Below, one piece after another: positions 1-9,352 of a stretch of 13,807 bases of DNA (the stretch's first letter is position 1; each line of letters begins with the position of its first letter). The DNA lies in assembly GCA_003660975.1 (NCBI GenBank), contig QMVG01000012.1:1-13807 (forward strand). Direction: 5' to 3'. The translations under genes and the position numbers were made by a program. This DNA is from Candidatus Micrarchaeota archaeon. GTDB lineage: Archaea; B1Sed10-29; B47-G15. Below the pieces are notes generated by a model that saw nothing but the letters and a program-made list of their open reading frames with translations, was not told the origin of the DNA and searched no databases.

Positions 1-1
1 C

Positions 2-556
2 GAATATCTCGAGGCGGGGATCGGCTTCGGCGGGCCGTGTCTCGAGAAGGACCTTAAAGCCCTGATTAAGATCGCGGAGGCGAGCGGCTACGAGCCCGGG
101 CTCCTACGGGCCGTGCTGGAGAAGAACGAGTACCAGGTGCGGCAGGTGATCGCAAAGCTCAAGGAGCTTGTGGGGTATCTGCTTTACCGCAAGGTCATCG
201 CCGTGTTCGGCTTGGCCTTCAAACCTGGGACGAACGATGTGCGGACCTCACTTTCCCTGCGGGTGATCGATCTCCTCTTGCGAGAGGGGGCGATCGTCCG
301 GGCCCACGATCCTCTGGCAATCCCCGAGGCCAGAGCGATCGAGCCCAGGGTGGAGTACTGCGAAGACCCCTATGAGGCGGTTAGGGACGCTGACGCCGTT
401 TTGATCCTTACAGGCTGGCCGGAGTACAGGGATTTAGATTGGCAGCGGATCAAGGGGTTGATGGCAGCTCCGAATTTGGTGGATGGCCGCAACTTGCTGG
501 AGGGGCGAGAGCCTGTAGATATCGGGTTTGTCTATAGAGGCGTGGGTAGAAAATGA
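2..556 (+). CDS. ugd: UDP-glucose/GDP-mannose dehydrogenase family protein, C-terminal part (runs off the left edge)
   Basis: The frame is open from base 2 (EYLEAGIGFGGPCLEKDLKAL), with the catalytic-Cys motif GFGGxCxxKD. It continues into the ORF-track protein with GLAFKPGTNDVR, AHDP, LTGWPEY and VDGRN, typical of the UDP-binding C-terminal domain. Confidence 0.9.
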   Translation, partial: EYLEAGIGFGGPCLEKDLKALIKIAEASGYEPGLLRAVLEKNEYQVRQVIAKLKELVGYLLYRKVIAVFGLAFKPGTNDVRTSLSLRVIDLLLREGAIVRAHDPLAIPEARAIEPRVEYCEDPYEAVRDADAVLILTGWPEYRDLDWQRIKGLMAAPNLVDGRNLLEGREPVDIGFVYRGVGRK

Positions 557-717
557 AAGTCCTTATCACTGGCGCAACCGGACAGCTTGGGAGCGAACTC
601 TGTTCGGTTCTAGCTGATGGTTTCGAGGTCATTCCTGCGACTCGTAAGGAATTCGATATCACCGATTTAGCCGCAACTCGGGCCTTCATTCTAGCGAGAT
701 GGTTGGGAAACCAGTGA
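553..717 (+). pseudogene. rfbD: 5' stub of dTDP-4-dehydrorhamnose reductase (RmlD/RfbD), 54 codons
   Basis: The ATG overlaps the ugd stop (ATGA). Translation MKVLITGATGQLGSELCSVLADGFEVIPATRKEFDITDLAATRAFILA matches the RmlD N-terminus (GxxGQLG, then R-x-E-x-DITD). TGA at 715-717 truncates it far short of about 290 aa. Confidence 0.8.
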
Positions 718-776
718 TTAAGGGGACGAGGATACCGGTGGAGCTAATTCTCAGGATGCTCTCTCAAGGGATATCC
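699..776 (+). pseudogene. Fragment of a DUF433-family (VapB-like) antitoxin
   Basis: MVGKPVIKGTRIPVELILRMLSQGIS contains the DUF433 signature GKPxIxGTRIxV. The usual continuation (EEILxxYPxL) is missing because the frame switches to flippase-like sequence. Confidence 0.75.
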
Positions 777-779
777 AGG

Positions 780-1006
780 GTGGCGCAGTTAAATCTCAGC
801 AGTGGGCTTTTGGCCCGTAATACGCTTCTTGACCTCATCTTTGATTTAGGCTTGGGGCGGGTGACATGAAGTTTGTGATGCAGGTTTTTAGGCAAGAGCA
901 AAGAGGAAGAGGTTCCACGCATTTTCGGGACTGCGGTTACGGTCCAGGGAAACTAAGGCATTGTGGGTGCTTTTGTTCTTGCCGGATTACGCCTCTCCTT
1001 GTCTCA
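780..1006 (+). pseudogene. Decayed Wzx-type flippase remnant (internal deletion, frameshifts, stops)
   Basis: Pieces across frames read VAQLNLSSGLLARNTLLDLI / FDLGLGRVT / KFV / EEVPRIFGTAVTVQGN*GIVGAFVLAG / ITPLLV. These resemble the N-terminal ARNT and FDLGLGxATTKFVA motifs of RfbX/Wzx flippases. Confidence 0.6.
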
Positions 1007-1295
1007 AGGGGCAGCCGGTGTCATCTTGGACCATCTGCGTGGGGAGGGCTACCTTACTGAGTAGAGGCCAATGAAGCCCGTGGGAGACGCGCTTCTTAAC
1101 AGTTGGCTAGGGAGGGTGATCGCCCAGGTGGTGGGAAAGCCTGGAAACCTGTGCTTCTGCCTGACGCGGAACACCCTGGGCATGAGGCTATTAGAGTCCT
1201 TTTTTATGGGCCTGTGTTTTACCGTCGGTGCGGTGCCGGCGCGGTCTTAGGGGGCGTGTAAGTTTGCGTGCAAGTCTGAAGCAAGGAAATGGTTA

Positions 1296-1520
1296 GTGAG
1301 AGCGAGGACGCTGGAGATAACAACAGAGTTGATCCCCGAGGAGTAGAGCGGTTGCACCGCCTATTGTCCAGGGCTGGACGTCTCCACTCAAGGGGACACG
1401 GTGGTGGAGGCGTTGGCTAACCTGAAGGAAGCCGCAGAGCTCCACTTCCAAGAAGTAGAGTTGGAGGGCCTGAAGTTTCGGCCCATCGAGCGCCATCGGA
1501 TTTGCGTCGAGATCTTTTAA
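1296..1520 (+). pseudogene. hicB: HicB-family antitoxin pseudogene (in-frame TAG at 1344-1346)
   Basis: VRARTLEITTELIPEE*SGCTAYCPGLDVSTQGDTVVEALANLKEAAELHF aligns without gaps to the intact HicB at 13417 (about 39/74 identical by manual count). The stop sits opposite a Glu. Confidence 0.85.
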
Positions 1521-1648
1521 GTGCATGACTCTCGATGGCTATCCCCATATAGGAGAGGAGTTGGCGAAGGCGCCACTAGGATAACCATAGTTCCAAGAGG
1601 ACCGGACACAAAGGGATAGCTAGGGATGGGAAAAGGGGACAGCGGGGG

Positions 1649-1680
1649 TTGACAGGGCGCGCTTTCAGAGATGGTAGACT
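1649..1680 (+). promoter_or_regulatory. Possible sigma70-type promoter upstream of the flippase
   Basis: TTGACA at 1649-1654 and an extended -10-like TGGTAGACT at 1672-1680. The 20-nt spacer is longer than canonical, so this is tentative. Confidence 0.25.
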
Positions 1681-1730
1681 CCGGTTGCTCTACCGACTGG
1701 GTTTGACTTGGGGTAGAATTTCATTTTAAG

Positions 1731-3092
1731 GTGGGGTCAGTTGTGGTCGTCAGACAAAAGAGATCAAAGAGGAAACAGCAGTCTGATATTCTAGATTACG
1801 CTTTGACTTTCCTGTCAACAGGCTTAATACAAGGGATTGGCATCGTCACGGGCGTCTTGACCGCCCGACTTCTGGGCCCCGCGGGCAAGGGTGACCTGGC
1901 CACGGTCTTTTGGTTGCCTGGACTGATGACGGCGGCGGGTATCCTGGCTTTACCACAGGCGGTTGCATTTGAAGTGAGCCGCCATCCAGAGCACGATGCG
2001 ATGTTGACCGCGGCGGGTTTCTGGCTGGGCCTCATTTTGGGCATGATTGAGGCAGCTATCTTATATCCCGTGATTCCATACATCCTCGGGCCAAATAAAC
2101 AATATCTTGTCAGCATTAGCCGTTGGTTCTTATTGTACCTGCCGATAGCCTTCTCCGGCTTGACGCTTTTGGGTATAGATCAGGGACGACAGGCGTTCGG
2201 GCGTTATAATCTCTTGCGGCTCTTGCCTGCTGTTTTCTATATAGTAGGGATTTTGTTGCTTTGGTGGTTACAAGAGGCCAATGTCATAACGATTGTATTG
2301 AGTAATCTGTTGGCGCAGCTCGTTGCTAGCTGGATTCGCGCAAGTATAGCTGGCAAGAAATTGCTTCCTTATTCCGCGCCCCTTTGGGTTGAGGCGGGAA
2401 AGCGAGTACTTAAGCGCGGGGTGATGTTTCATCTTCCCACCCTTGCCAGTGTTATCTTGATGCGGGCTGATATGCCAATATTGATTCGCATGGTTTCTGC
2501 TGAAGAGATTGGTTATTATAGTGTGGCGATGTCCATTGCGATGGGACAGATCGGGATAGCTACATCGCTGGTGCTGGTCAACTTCCCCAAAGTGGCTTCA
2601 CATACATCGTCTCAAGCAGCTGTAAATGTTCTATTGAGGCAGTTTCGCCTGGCTCAGCCAGGGGTTGTCGGTATGGCATTGACTATAGCGCTGGTTACTC
2701 CCTGGGTTATCCGGTACTTTTTCGGCGCAGCATTTCTGCCTGCCATCTTGCCTGCATATATCTTGATTGTTGCATTAGGCCTTCGGGGGTTAAATCAGAT
2801 ATTGGATAATGGACTACGGGGCATGGGATATGGAGTACCTGGTACGATAGCTAACATGACAGGTTTGGTCATTTTGGCTATAGGTGGCTTTGTCCTGACC
2901 CGATGGTATGGTATTACGGGGATGGCAATAGCAGTCTTGCTTGCTCAGATTGCGGTGCTTGGTACTTTAGTGCTGTTCTGTCACGAAAAACTATTTGCTG
3001 AATGGGGGAGTTTCTGGGGAATCAACAGAAGAACTTTGTATTTTCTCATTAGCAAGCTGCGAAGTGAGGTTTCCCCAAATGCGAAGCGATGA
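1731..3092 (+). CDS. wzx: Oligosaccharide flippase (Wzx, MOP superfamily)
   Basis: 453 aa with many hydrophobic segments. Motifs ARLLGPAGKG, LMRAD...EEIGYYSVA and YGITGMAIA are typical of polysaccharide flippases. The exact start is uncertain. Confidence 0.88.
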   Translation: MGSVVVVRQKRSKRKQQSDILDYALTFLSTGLIQGIGIVTGVLTARLLGPAGKGDLATVFWLPGLMTAAGILALPQAVAFEVSRHPEHDAMLTAAGFWLGLILGMIEAAILYPVIPYILGPNKQYLVSISRWFLLYLPIAFSGLTLLGIDQGRQAFGRYNLLRLLPAVFYIVGILLLWWLQEANVITIVLSNLLAQLVASWIRASIAGKKLLPYSAPLWVEAGKRVLKRGVMFHLPTLASVILMRADMPILIRMVSAEEIGYYSVAMSIAMGQIGIATSLVLVNFPKVASHTSSQAAVNVLLRQFRLAQPGVVGMALTIALVTPWVIRYFFGAAFLPAILPAYILIVALGLRGLNQILDNGLRGMGYGVPGTIANMTGLVILAIGGFVLTRWYGITGMAIAVLLAQIAVLGTLVLFCHEKLFAEWGSFWGINRRTLYFLISKLRSEVSPNAKR

Positions 3093-3210
3093 ACAGTTGA
3101 AGAATTTCTATTTATCATAGGCATCGCCATGCGACTCTGTGAGAAGACGAGGCTTCTGTCAGGTTGAACTTGGGAGGGCTCTGCCAATGCAAAGGTGTTG
3201 GAGCGGCGAA

Positions 3211-4401
3211 GTGAGAAAGAAGTACAGGATAGGGGTGCTCTGTTATGGTTTAACGCCGGCAACAGTTGATCTGCTAAATAGACTGGTTGATCGTTTAGAC
3301 ACAAAGGATTTGCGACTCAAGGCCTTTCCGCTCGTAAAGAAAGATATTTCTGGATTGGATATCCATTTCCCCTATTATCCCAATCAGTTTACAGGAAGAT
3401 ATTGGGTGATAAAGGGTAAAGTGCCAGATAGTTGGCTATTGACAGTTCAACCCTCTACCATTTTCAATCTACTAATCGAATCTGACTTGATCGTTTTACT
3501 GGGGATTCAATCAATTCCGGCTGTTATCTCTGCTCTCTTAGCTCGGCTGATGCATAAGCCTGTGCTACCCATTAATCAGACAATGCCGCCTGCAATGGAA
3601 AGGAGAAGACCCTGGTACATTCGCTGGCCTAAGAAATTGGTACTACGCATGGCGCAATTTCATATCGTTCAATCGGAGGCCAGTGAACAAACATTACGTG
3701 AGGTCTACGGTATTCGTGGCGACCAATTGGTGTATGCACCGTTCGATGGTGGTGGGCGATTCTTCAAGAAGCTTCTGGAGCAATATCCGCTCACGGATAG
3801 AGACGAAATACGTGCTCAGTTTTGTACCTCGCGAAACGCGGTTGTGTTCACCTTTGTCGGAACATTGATTTATCTCAAAGGAGTGGATGTCTTGTTAGAG
3901 GCATTTGCTAAAATGAGTCCTCTTACCTCTAATTCTTACCTGTGGATTGTGGGGCCTGATGGAAAAAAGGGCGGGCAGCTAACCGCATTGCGCGAGCAAG
4001 CGCAGCGACTAGGCATTTTAGAGAGGACTATCTTCCTCGGACGTAAGAGTATGGAAGAACTGGTTGCGATATATAGAGCCTCCGACGTGTTTGTACTCCC
4101 AACACGGAAGGATGTGTGGCCTAAAGTGTTGGTGGAAGCTGCCCTAGTTGGTTTACCTCTTATTACAACGCCGGCTAGCGGCGCTGCTTATACCTTAGTG
4201 CGTGACGGAGTAAACGGTTACGTGGTGCCCATCAACGACGCCGATGCCCTGGCCAGGGCAATGCTCCGTTTAACGGACTCCCAAGCTCGAATAAAAATGG
4301 GAGAGCGTTCGCGTGAGATCGTTGAAGAGTTCATACAACCCGAGTTAGAAGCCGATAGAATTGTTGAAACAATTGTACATCTGTTGAAATCGAGGCATTA
4401 A
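3211..4401 (+). CDS. Glycosyltransferase family 4 (GT-B)
   Basis: FVGTLIYLKGVDVLLEAF, DVFVLPT...WPKVLVEA...GLPLI and DGVNGYVV are Glycos_transf_1 motifs. The start is placed at GTG 3211 (GGAG at 3200-3203); the ORF track starts in frame at 3139. Confidence 0.9.
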   Translation: MRKKYRIGVLCYGLTPATVDLLNRLVDRLDTKDLRLKAFPLVKKDISGLDIHFPYYPNQFTGRYWVIKGKVPDSWLLTVQPSTIFNLLIESDLIVLLGIQSIPAVISALLARLMHKPVLPINQTMPPAMERRRPWYIRWPKKLVLRMAQFHIVQSEASEQTLREVYGIRGDQLVYAPFDGGGRFFKKLLEQYPLTDRDEIRAQFCTSRNAVVFTFVGTLIYLKGVDVLLEAFAKMSPLTSNSYLWIVGPDGKKGGQLTALREQAQRLGILERTIFLGRKSMEELVAIYRASDVFVLPTRKDVWPKVLVEAALVGLPLITTPASGAAYTLVRDGVNGYVVPINDADALARAMLRLTDSQARIKMGERSREIVEEFIQPELEADRIVETIVHLLKSRH

Positions 4402-4583
4402 GATGCCTGTTGTCGCAGATGTCTTTGCCTGGATAGCGTGGCTCTCTGCCTGTTTACGGGCCTTATATTGCTGGGCTCTGTCCTGCGCAACCGACCGGCC
4501 TGGATCTTGCCATTGGGTAATTAAGGATTTAAGCTTTTTCTCACAATAACGGAATGCAGAATATCATCTATGTGGGAGTGTAA

Positions 4584-5780
4584 ATGAGCGGAGATAAGAC
4601 AAAGTCCTCAAGCGTGCTGTTTCTAATTCCGATAGTGATTTGGTTAATTACTGGTTATCCTTTGCGTCAGTTCTTGCCGGAGAGAACAGGTCTCCTTGTC
4701 GCTGGCGGGGGGTTGTCTTTTTCCTTGTATTTGTTGGTTCTGCAATTCTTGCTTTATAGCAAGATGTGTGGTCAAGTGATGATCCCCAAAAAACTGTTGA
4801 TCTATTCCTTCCTTTGGGTCTTATATTTAACTTGGGGAGTAGTTTCTAATCTCGGGTCTGCCTATGGGTCACTTTTGTATCAACTAGTGCTTATAGCCGG
4901 TGTGCTCACCGCTTTTCTGTTTGCCATTTTTCATACTGTTCCTCTAGCTAGCCTTTTCAGAGTAGCGTTTTGGACCGCTTTCCCCTTCACGGTGCTTTGG
5001 TGGGCCAATTGGCTGGGATCAGGTTTGGTGACAGATATCACCTACAGGAATCCTTCCTATGGGGTTATATCCTTGGCGGCGTTATGCTCCGCCACTTATT
5101 TATTTCGGTTTCCATTTCGTACGATTATTCAAAGTTTAATTTTGATATCGCTATTCTTTAATGAGCATAGAACCTCCCTTTTTGCCGGCATAATAGTCGT
5201 ATTTCTACAAGCGGTATTTCATTTCAGGTCCCTCCAATGTAAAGGGATGGCGGGTAGAAAATCAATGCTAATGTATATCGGTATAATCAGTTTGATGCTG
5301 GTGGGGATACTGGTCAATGTTGAAGAAATATCCCCCTTTGTTCTCGAAGATGTGCTATTGTGGAATGATCCACACCGGGGGGTCTCTTCTGGCCTTTCTT
5401 ATCGCTTCCTGGAATGGAAAGAATCCTTGCGATTGTTTTTTGAAAGACCTATTTTAGGCTGGGGTACCCGAGCAAACGAAGTGTTGTTACGAGATTTAGG
5501 GCCAATTGTCGCCTCCTCCACTCACAATGGTATTCTAGCCAATTTGGTGGATTATGGATTGCCAGGTGCGATATTGTCTATAATTTTGATGGTATGGCCT
5601 ATCTGTTTGTCTACGCGTCAGGCCTGGATGAAGTTAGGTAAGGAACATTTGCTTTTATCTACTTTGGGTATTAGCTATATGGTCCTGGGAATGGGGGAGC
5701 GATATTGGTTTAGTGTAGGCAATCCTACGAGTGTAATACTCCTTGTCTCATTGTTTTACATAATGGCCAATGAGCAATAA
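4584..5780 (+). CDS. O-antigen ligase-like / Wzy polymerase membrane protein
   Basis: 398 aa, multi-TM, with HRTS, SYRFLEWKESLRLFFERPILGWG and THNGILANLVDYGLPG (conserved R...W...P..GxG...HN..L..L...G..G of Wzy_C). It lies in a wzx locus. Confidence 0.82.
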   Translation: MSGDKTKSSSVLFLIPIVIWLITGYPLRQFLPERTGLLVAGGGLSFSLYLLVLQFLLYSKMCGQVMIPKKLLIYSFLWVLYLTWGVVSNLGSAYGSLLYQLVLIAGVLTAFLFAIFHTVPLASLFRVAFWTAFPFTVLWWANWLGSGLVTDITYRNPSYGVISLAALCSATYLFRFPFRTIIQSLILISLFFNEHRTSLFAGIIVVFLQAVFHFRSLQCKGMAGRKSMLMYIGIISLMLVGILVNVEEISPFVLEDVLLWNDPHRGVSSGLSYRFLEWKESLRLFFERPILGWGTRANEVLLRDLGPIVASSTHNGILANLVDYGLPGAILSIILMVWPICLSTRQAWMKLGKEHLLLSTLGISYMVLGMGERYWFSVGNPTSVILLVSLFYIMANEQ

Positions 5781-5965
5781 TAACTGGCGCACAGCTCTAA
5801 TATATAACTGTCTTGGTCCCTATCATTATGCCCGCGTAAAGGCATTTAGCAGATTGGTACCTGACCTTTTGGTCATTGAGGTAGCCAGTAGTTCGGCCTT
5901 GTATGTTTGGCTCCCAGGAGAGATCGAGAGAACCTGGAAGCAAGAAAAGAAGACGCTTTTTCCTC
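5770..5965 (+). pseudogene. 5' stub of a glycosyltransferase (probably GT4)
   Basis: The start overlaps the end of the wzy-like gene. TALIYNCLGPYHYARVKAF...LLVIEVASSSALYVW...KTLFP resembles a GT4 N-terminus (GPYHxAR). The sequence then switches to sulfotransferase-like coding. Confidence 0.6.
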
Positions 5966-5967
5966 GT

Positions 5968-6558
5968 TATATGCTTCCATTCAGGATGTGCTATTCCGGG
6001 CCATCTTTCATTTAAGCGATGCAGATGTGTTGATTGATTCTCCAAAGAACCTATCGCGGGCAGTTGCACTGTTGCGGGTTAGCAAATATGATGTTTATTT
6101 TTGCATTTGGTTCGCGATCCGCGAGGTTATGTGAATTCGGTCAACAAACGTCGACGAGAGCGGGGAAAGGGCCGAGGTTTATGACCCCGATGGTTCAGTG
6201 GACCGAGAATGGCGTAGCCTCTACGATCGTACGGGCGATCGCCAAAACCCGCTACCTCCGCATATCATTTGAGGAGCTAATGCTGCACCCACAGGAAGTA
6301 ATTAAGCGAATCGGCAAATTTGTGTATTACGATTTCTCGGAGAGTCTATCTCATATCGAGCAGCGTCAGCCTTTCCATAGGAAGCATATATTCTCGGGAA
6401 ATCGCGTTTCGCGTAACGATTCGCCCATTTTTGAGCCCTCTCGGATTAACGCAAACAGATTGAAGGGACTGAATAACAAGAAATTCTGGTATTTGGGAAG
6501 TTGGATCTCCTCCTTTTGGGGCTATGATCAAGATCAGTCTTACCTGTACAAGGCATAA
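5968..6558 (+). pseudogene. 5'-truncated, doubly frameshifted sulfotransferase
   Basis: Three frames join as LFRAIFHLSDADVLIDSPK...YDVYF / LHLVRDPRGYVNS (from 6101; 3'-phosphate-binding RDPR) / RYLRISFEELMLHPQEVIKRI...HIFSGNR. The 5'-PSB motif is absent. Confidence 0.75.
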
Positions 6559-6667
6559 TATTCAAGTTATTATTGGCTTTTTGCAGCTGTTCTGTTATGA
6601 GGAGGACAATAATTGCGCATTAATTTTCGAAGCACACCTCAATCGAACTTAATGAAAGGTCAAGGTC

Positions 6668-7407
6668 ATGAACTACAAAAAACTTTATGAAAAACAATAT
6701 GGAGAGGGAAAATTGATATCCCCTCCTCAAAGGCAGTTTCGGGGATTGCGACGGCTCTTGAAGAAGTATGATTGGGATCGCTATACGGTAGCTGAACAGC
6801 TTATCGAATCAAGAGAGAGGCTTTTAGATATCGGGTGTGGAGAGGGCTACCTTCTGAGAAAACTTAAGGACAAGTTCGAGGAGCTTTATGGGATGGATGT
6901 ATCTCCTTCCAGACTTCACGAGGCAGAAGCAAAGATCAAAGAGCTTTATCCTTCCGAAATATCGAGATTTAAGTTTGTCGAAGGAAACGCAGATGATCCT
7001 TTAGCTATCCCTGATAAATACTTCGACGCAATCACCTGCATTGCTGTTATAGAACATGTCTACGATATTTTCTCTTTGGCAAAAGAGATGTATCGGGTGC
7101 TCAAACCAGACGGTTATGTCATCGCAGAGGTTCCCAATATTGCCTATTTGAAACATAGGCTTCACTTCTATTAGGAAAACTGCCGGTTACAAGTTCTCCG
7201 TATAACTGGGAAGAAATCGGGTGGGATGGTGGACATATACATTATTTCACACAAAACACGTTCTGCAGACTATTTGAATCCCAAGGCTTTTGTATCGGGG
7301 GAAAGAGCGGAATTGGTTTCTTGGCTAAGTTTCGAACTTGCTGGCCATCATTGCTCTGTGGTGATATCATTGTTAAGGCTCGAAAGGATAAAATAGCTAA
7401 GGGCTAA
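6668..7407 (+). pseudogene. Class I SAM-dependent methyltransferase with one frameshift near 7165-7170
   Basis: Motifs LLDIGCGEG, FDAITCIAVIEH and RVLKPDG..IAEVPN are present. The ORF stops at 7174, but another frame continues LLGKLPVTSSPYNWEEIGWDGGHIHYFT...IIVKARK to TAA 7405-7407, 12 bp before the next gene. Confidence 0.8.
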
Positions 7408-7419
7408 GAAGAGGAAAAG

Positions 7420-8202
7420 ATGAAAAACAAGCGATTAATATTGGTGATCTCTCATCGTCGATCCGGTACCCATTGGGTTATTGATTCCCTTCGAAATAAT
7501 CTGCCGGCTGTATCATATCAATTTTACAATCTTGATCAGATTTCGCGAAGGCACGAGAAACCTATTTCTGCCAATGAGTTGGCATTAAAAATAGCCAAAA
7601 CTCGTGGTAGGTATGTGCTATTGAAAACCCATATGTCTCCTCATCTAACGCCTTTTGAGTCGGAGGAAAGAGATTTTGTCAAAGAGCTACTGGAGAATAG
7701 CAAAGTGATCTATGTATATAGAGATGGGCGTGATGTTTTGGTTTCTTTATATCACTATATGAGAAGCTTTCGAGATGAATTGCCTGAATTCTCCGACTTC
7801 ATAAGGATGCCAAACGATCTCGATCCCTATTATCACCCGGTGAATCGCGTTGGGTATTGGAAAGAGCATGTAGAAGGGTGGTTAGGTAGATCCAATTTGG
7901 ACATTGCCACGGTTTCCTACGAGCAGCTCCACACCGATTATGAGAATACCGTTAGACAGTTATCAGATTTTCTTGGTGTAACTGTAAAATCAAGCGGCAT
8001 AGACAAGATAGATCTCAAAAAATATGAACTATTTGGCAAGCTATTGAGGAAGATCTTTCCTGGAAGCGTTAAATCATCTGCGATTTTGCCGCGCAAGGGG
8101 GTAATTGGAGATTATAAAAACTACTTTTCGGAAAAAGATCTAGAGCTATTTGACAAAATAGCCGGAGTTTTAATGAATGACCTGGGATATTACCAGAAAT
8201 GA
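7420..8202 (+). CDS. PAPS-dependent sulfotransferase (Sulfotransfer_1-like)
   Basis: 5'-PSB SHRRSGTHW, KTH, 3'-PB YRDGRDVLVSLYHY, SYEQL and C-terminal RKGVIGDYKNYF. Confidence 0.92.
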   Translation: MKNKRLILVISHRRSGTHWVIDSLRNNLPAVSYQFYNLDQISRRHEKPISANELALKIAKTRGRYVLLKTHMSPHLTPFESEERDFVKELLENSKVIYVYRDGRDVLVSLYHYMRSFRDELPEFSDFIRMPNDLDPYYHPVNRVGYWKEHVEGWLGRSNLDIATVSYEQLHTDYENTVRQLSDFLGVTVKSSGIDKIDLKKYELFGKLLRKIFPGSVKSSAILPRKGVIGDYKNYFSEKDLELFDKIAGVLMNDLGYYQK

Positions 8203-9350
8203 AAAAGACAGAGATAAAAATACTATTCGTTACCAATATTATTTCTCCATATCGCATACCCTTGTTTAACAAACTTCATGAAGTAGGAGCATTTAAACTT
8301 AAAGTAGTGGCCCTAGCCGAGAAGGAGAAAAATCGAGAATGGCAATTAGCTAGGAATCAAATTCGGTTTAACTACCAAATTCTTCCTGGCTGGCACACCT
8401 TTCTCTGGAGTAAAGAGCTACCGATTCACCTGAACTGGGGCCTATGGCGGGCCTTGCGCCGATATGATCCTGACGTCATCATCAGCTCAGGCTATGATGC
8501 CCTAGCTTATTGGGAGGCTTTCCTTTACAGCAAGGTCTTCAAGAAGAAATTCATCCTCTGGAATGGAACTACGCTGTTAAGCACGAGAACGACCGGTGGG
8601 TTTATCGGCCAAGTGAAACGCTTCATAATCAGAGGTGCAGATCGCTATGTCGCCTATGGCACAAAGGCTGCTGAATATCTTGAATCCCTTGGGGCTCCTA
8701 AGGATAGAATCCACATCGGAATAAACACAGTCGATATGCAATGGTTTCGGGACCGGACCCGTGAAATTAGAGCTGAAGCTAAGTACGAACTATGGCGTTC
8801 GCACTATCCTAGTGTGCTCGTGCTATTTGTGGGCCAGTTAATCCCGCGCAAGGGATTGGAGCAGCTGTTATATGCACTCAGCAAACTGAGAGACCCGGAT
8901 ATCGGCCTAATGGTTGTGGGCAGTGGACCAGAGGAGAGGAGCTTGCAGGGGCTCTGCGAGGAGTTAGGAGTGCAGAACGTGTACTGGAAAGGGTTCCATC
9001 AGCAAAATGAGTTGCCGTATTACTACTCACTTTCGGATGGACTCGTGCTGCCATCCACAGAAGAAGTTTGGGGCCTGGTGGTTAATGAGGCATTAGCAAG
9101 TGGGCTCTATGTTCTCTGCTCGAATCGAGCCGGCGCTGCCTATGACCTGATAAAGGAAGGCTGGAATGGGAGAACCTTTAATCCACGCGATGTGGATCAA
9201 TTAGCAGGGTTGATACGAGAGACAAAAGAGCAGATCAAGGAGATTAGAGCGCGGCGAGAAGCTATTAGCGAGTATGCCTGCCGGGAATTCAGCATCGAAC
9301 GCTCGGCAAAGGCGTTCTTGGTCGCAATTCGGGCAGTGACTGAGAAGTAA
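8199..9350 (+). CDS. Glycosyltransferase family 4
   Basis: TNIISPYRIPLF, FVGQLIPRKG, LPSTEEVWGLVVNEALASG (EX7E). ATGA overlap with the sulfotransferase. Confidence 0.93.
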   Translation: MKKTEIKILFVTNIISPYRIPLFNKLHEVGAFKLKVVALAEKEKNREWQLARNQIRFNYQILPGWHTFLWSKELPIHLNWGLWRALRRYDPDVIISSGYDALAYWEAFLYSKVFKKKFILWNGTTLLSTRTTGGFIGQVKRFIIRGADRYVAYGTKAAEYLESLGAPKDRIHIGINTVDMQWFRDRTREIRAEAKYELWRSHYPSVLVLFVGQLIPRKGLEQLLYALSKLRDPDIGLMVVGSGPEERSLQGLCEELGVQNVYWKGFHQQNELPYYYSLSDGLVLPSTEEVWGLVVNEALASGLYVLCSNRAGAAYDLIKEGWNGRTFNPRDVDQLAGLIRETKEQIKEIRARREAISEYACREFSIERSAKAFLVAIRAVTEK

Positions 9351-9352
9351 GC

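Noticed and set aside
866-1060. 64-aa ORF from the track
   Set aside because: It is largely an out-of-frame reading of the decayed flippase remnant.
1235-1275. G-rich stretch resembling a JUMPstart/ops element or IS end
   Set aside because: There is no GGCGGTAG core, no partner inverted repeat and no transposase.
5907-6558. ORFs 5907-6134 and 6034-6558 as separate genes
   Set aside because: They are frameshifted pieces of one sulfotransferase remnant.
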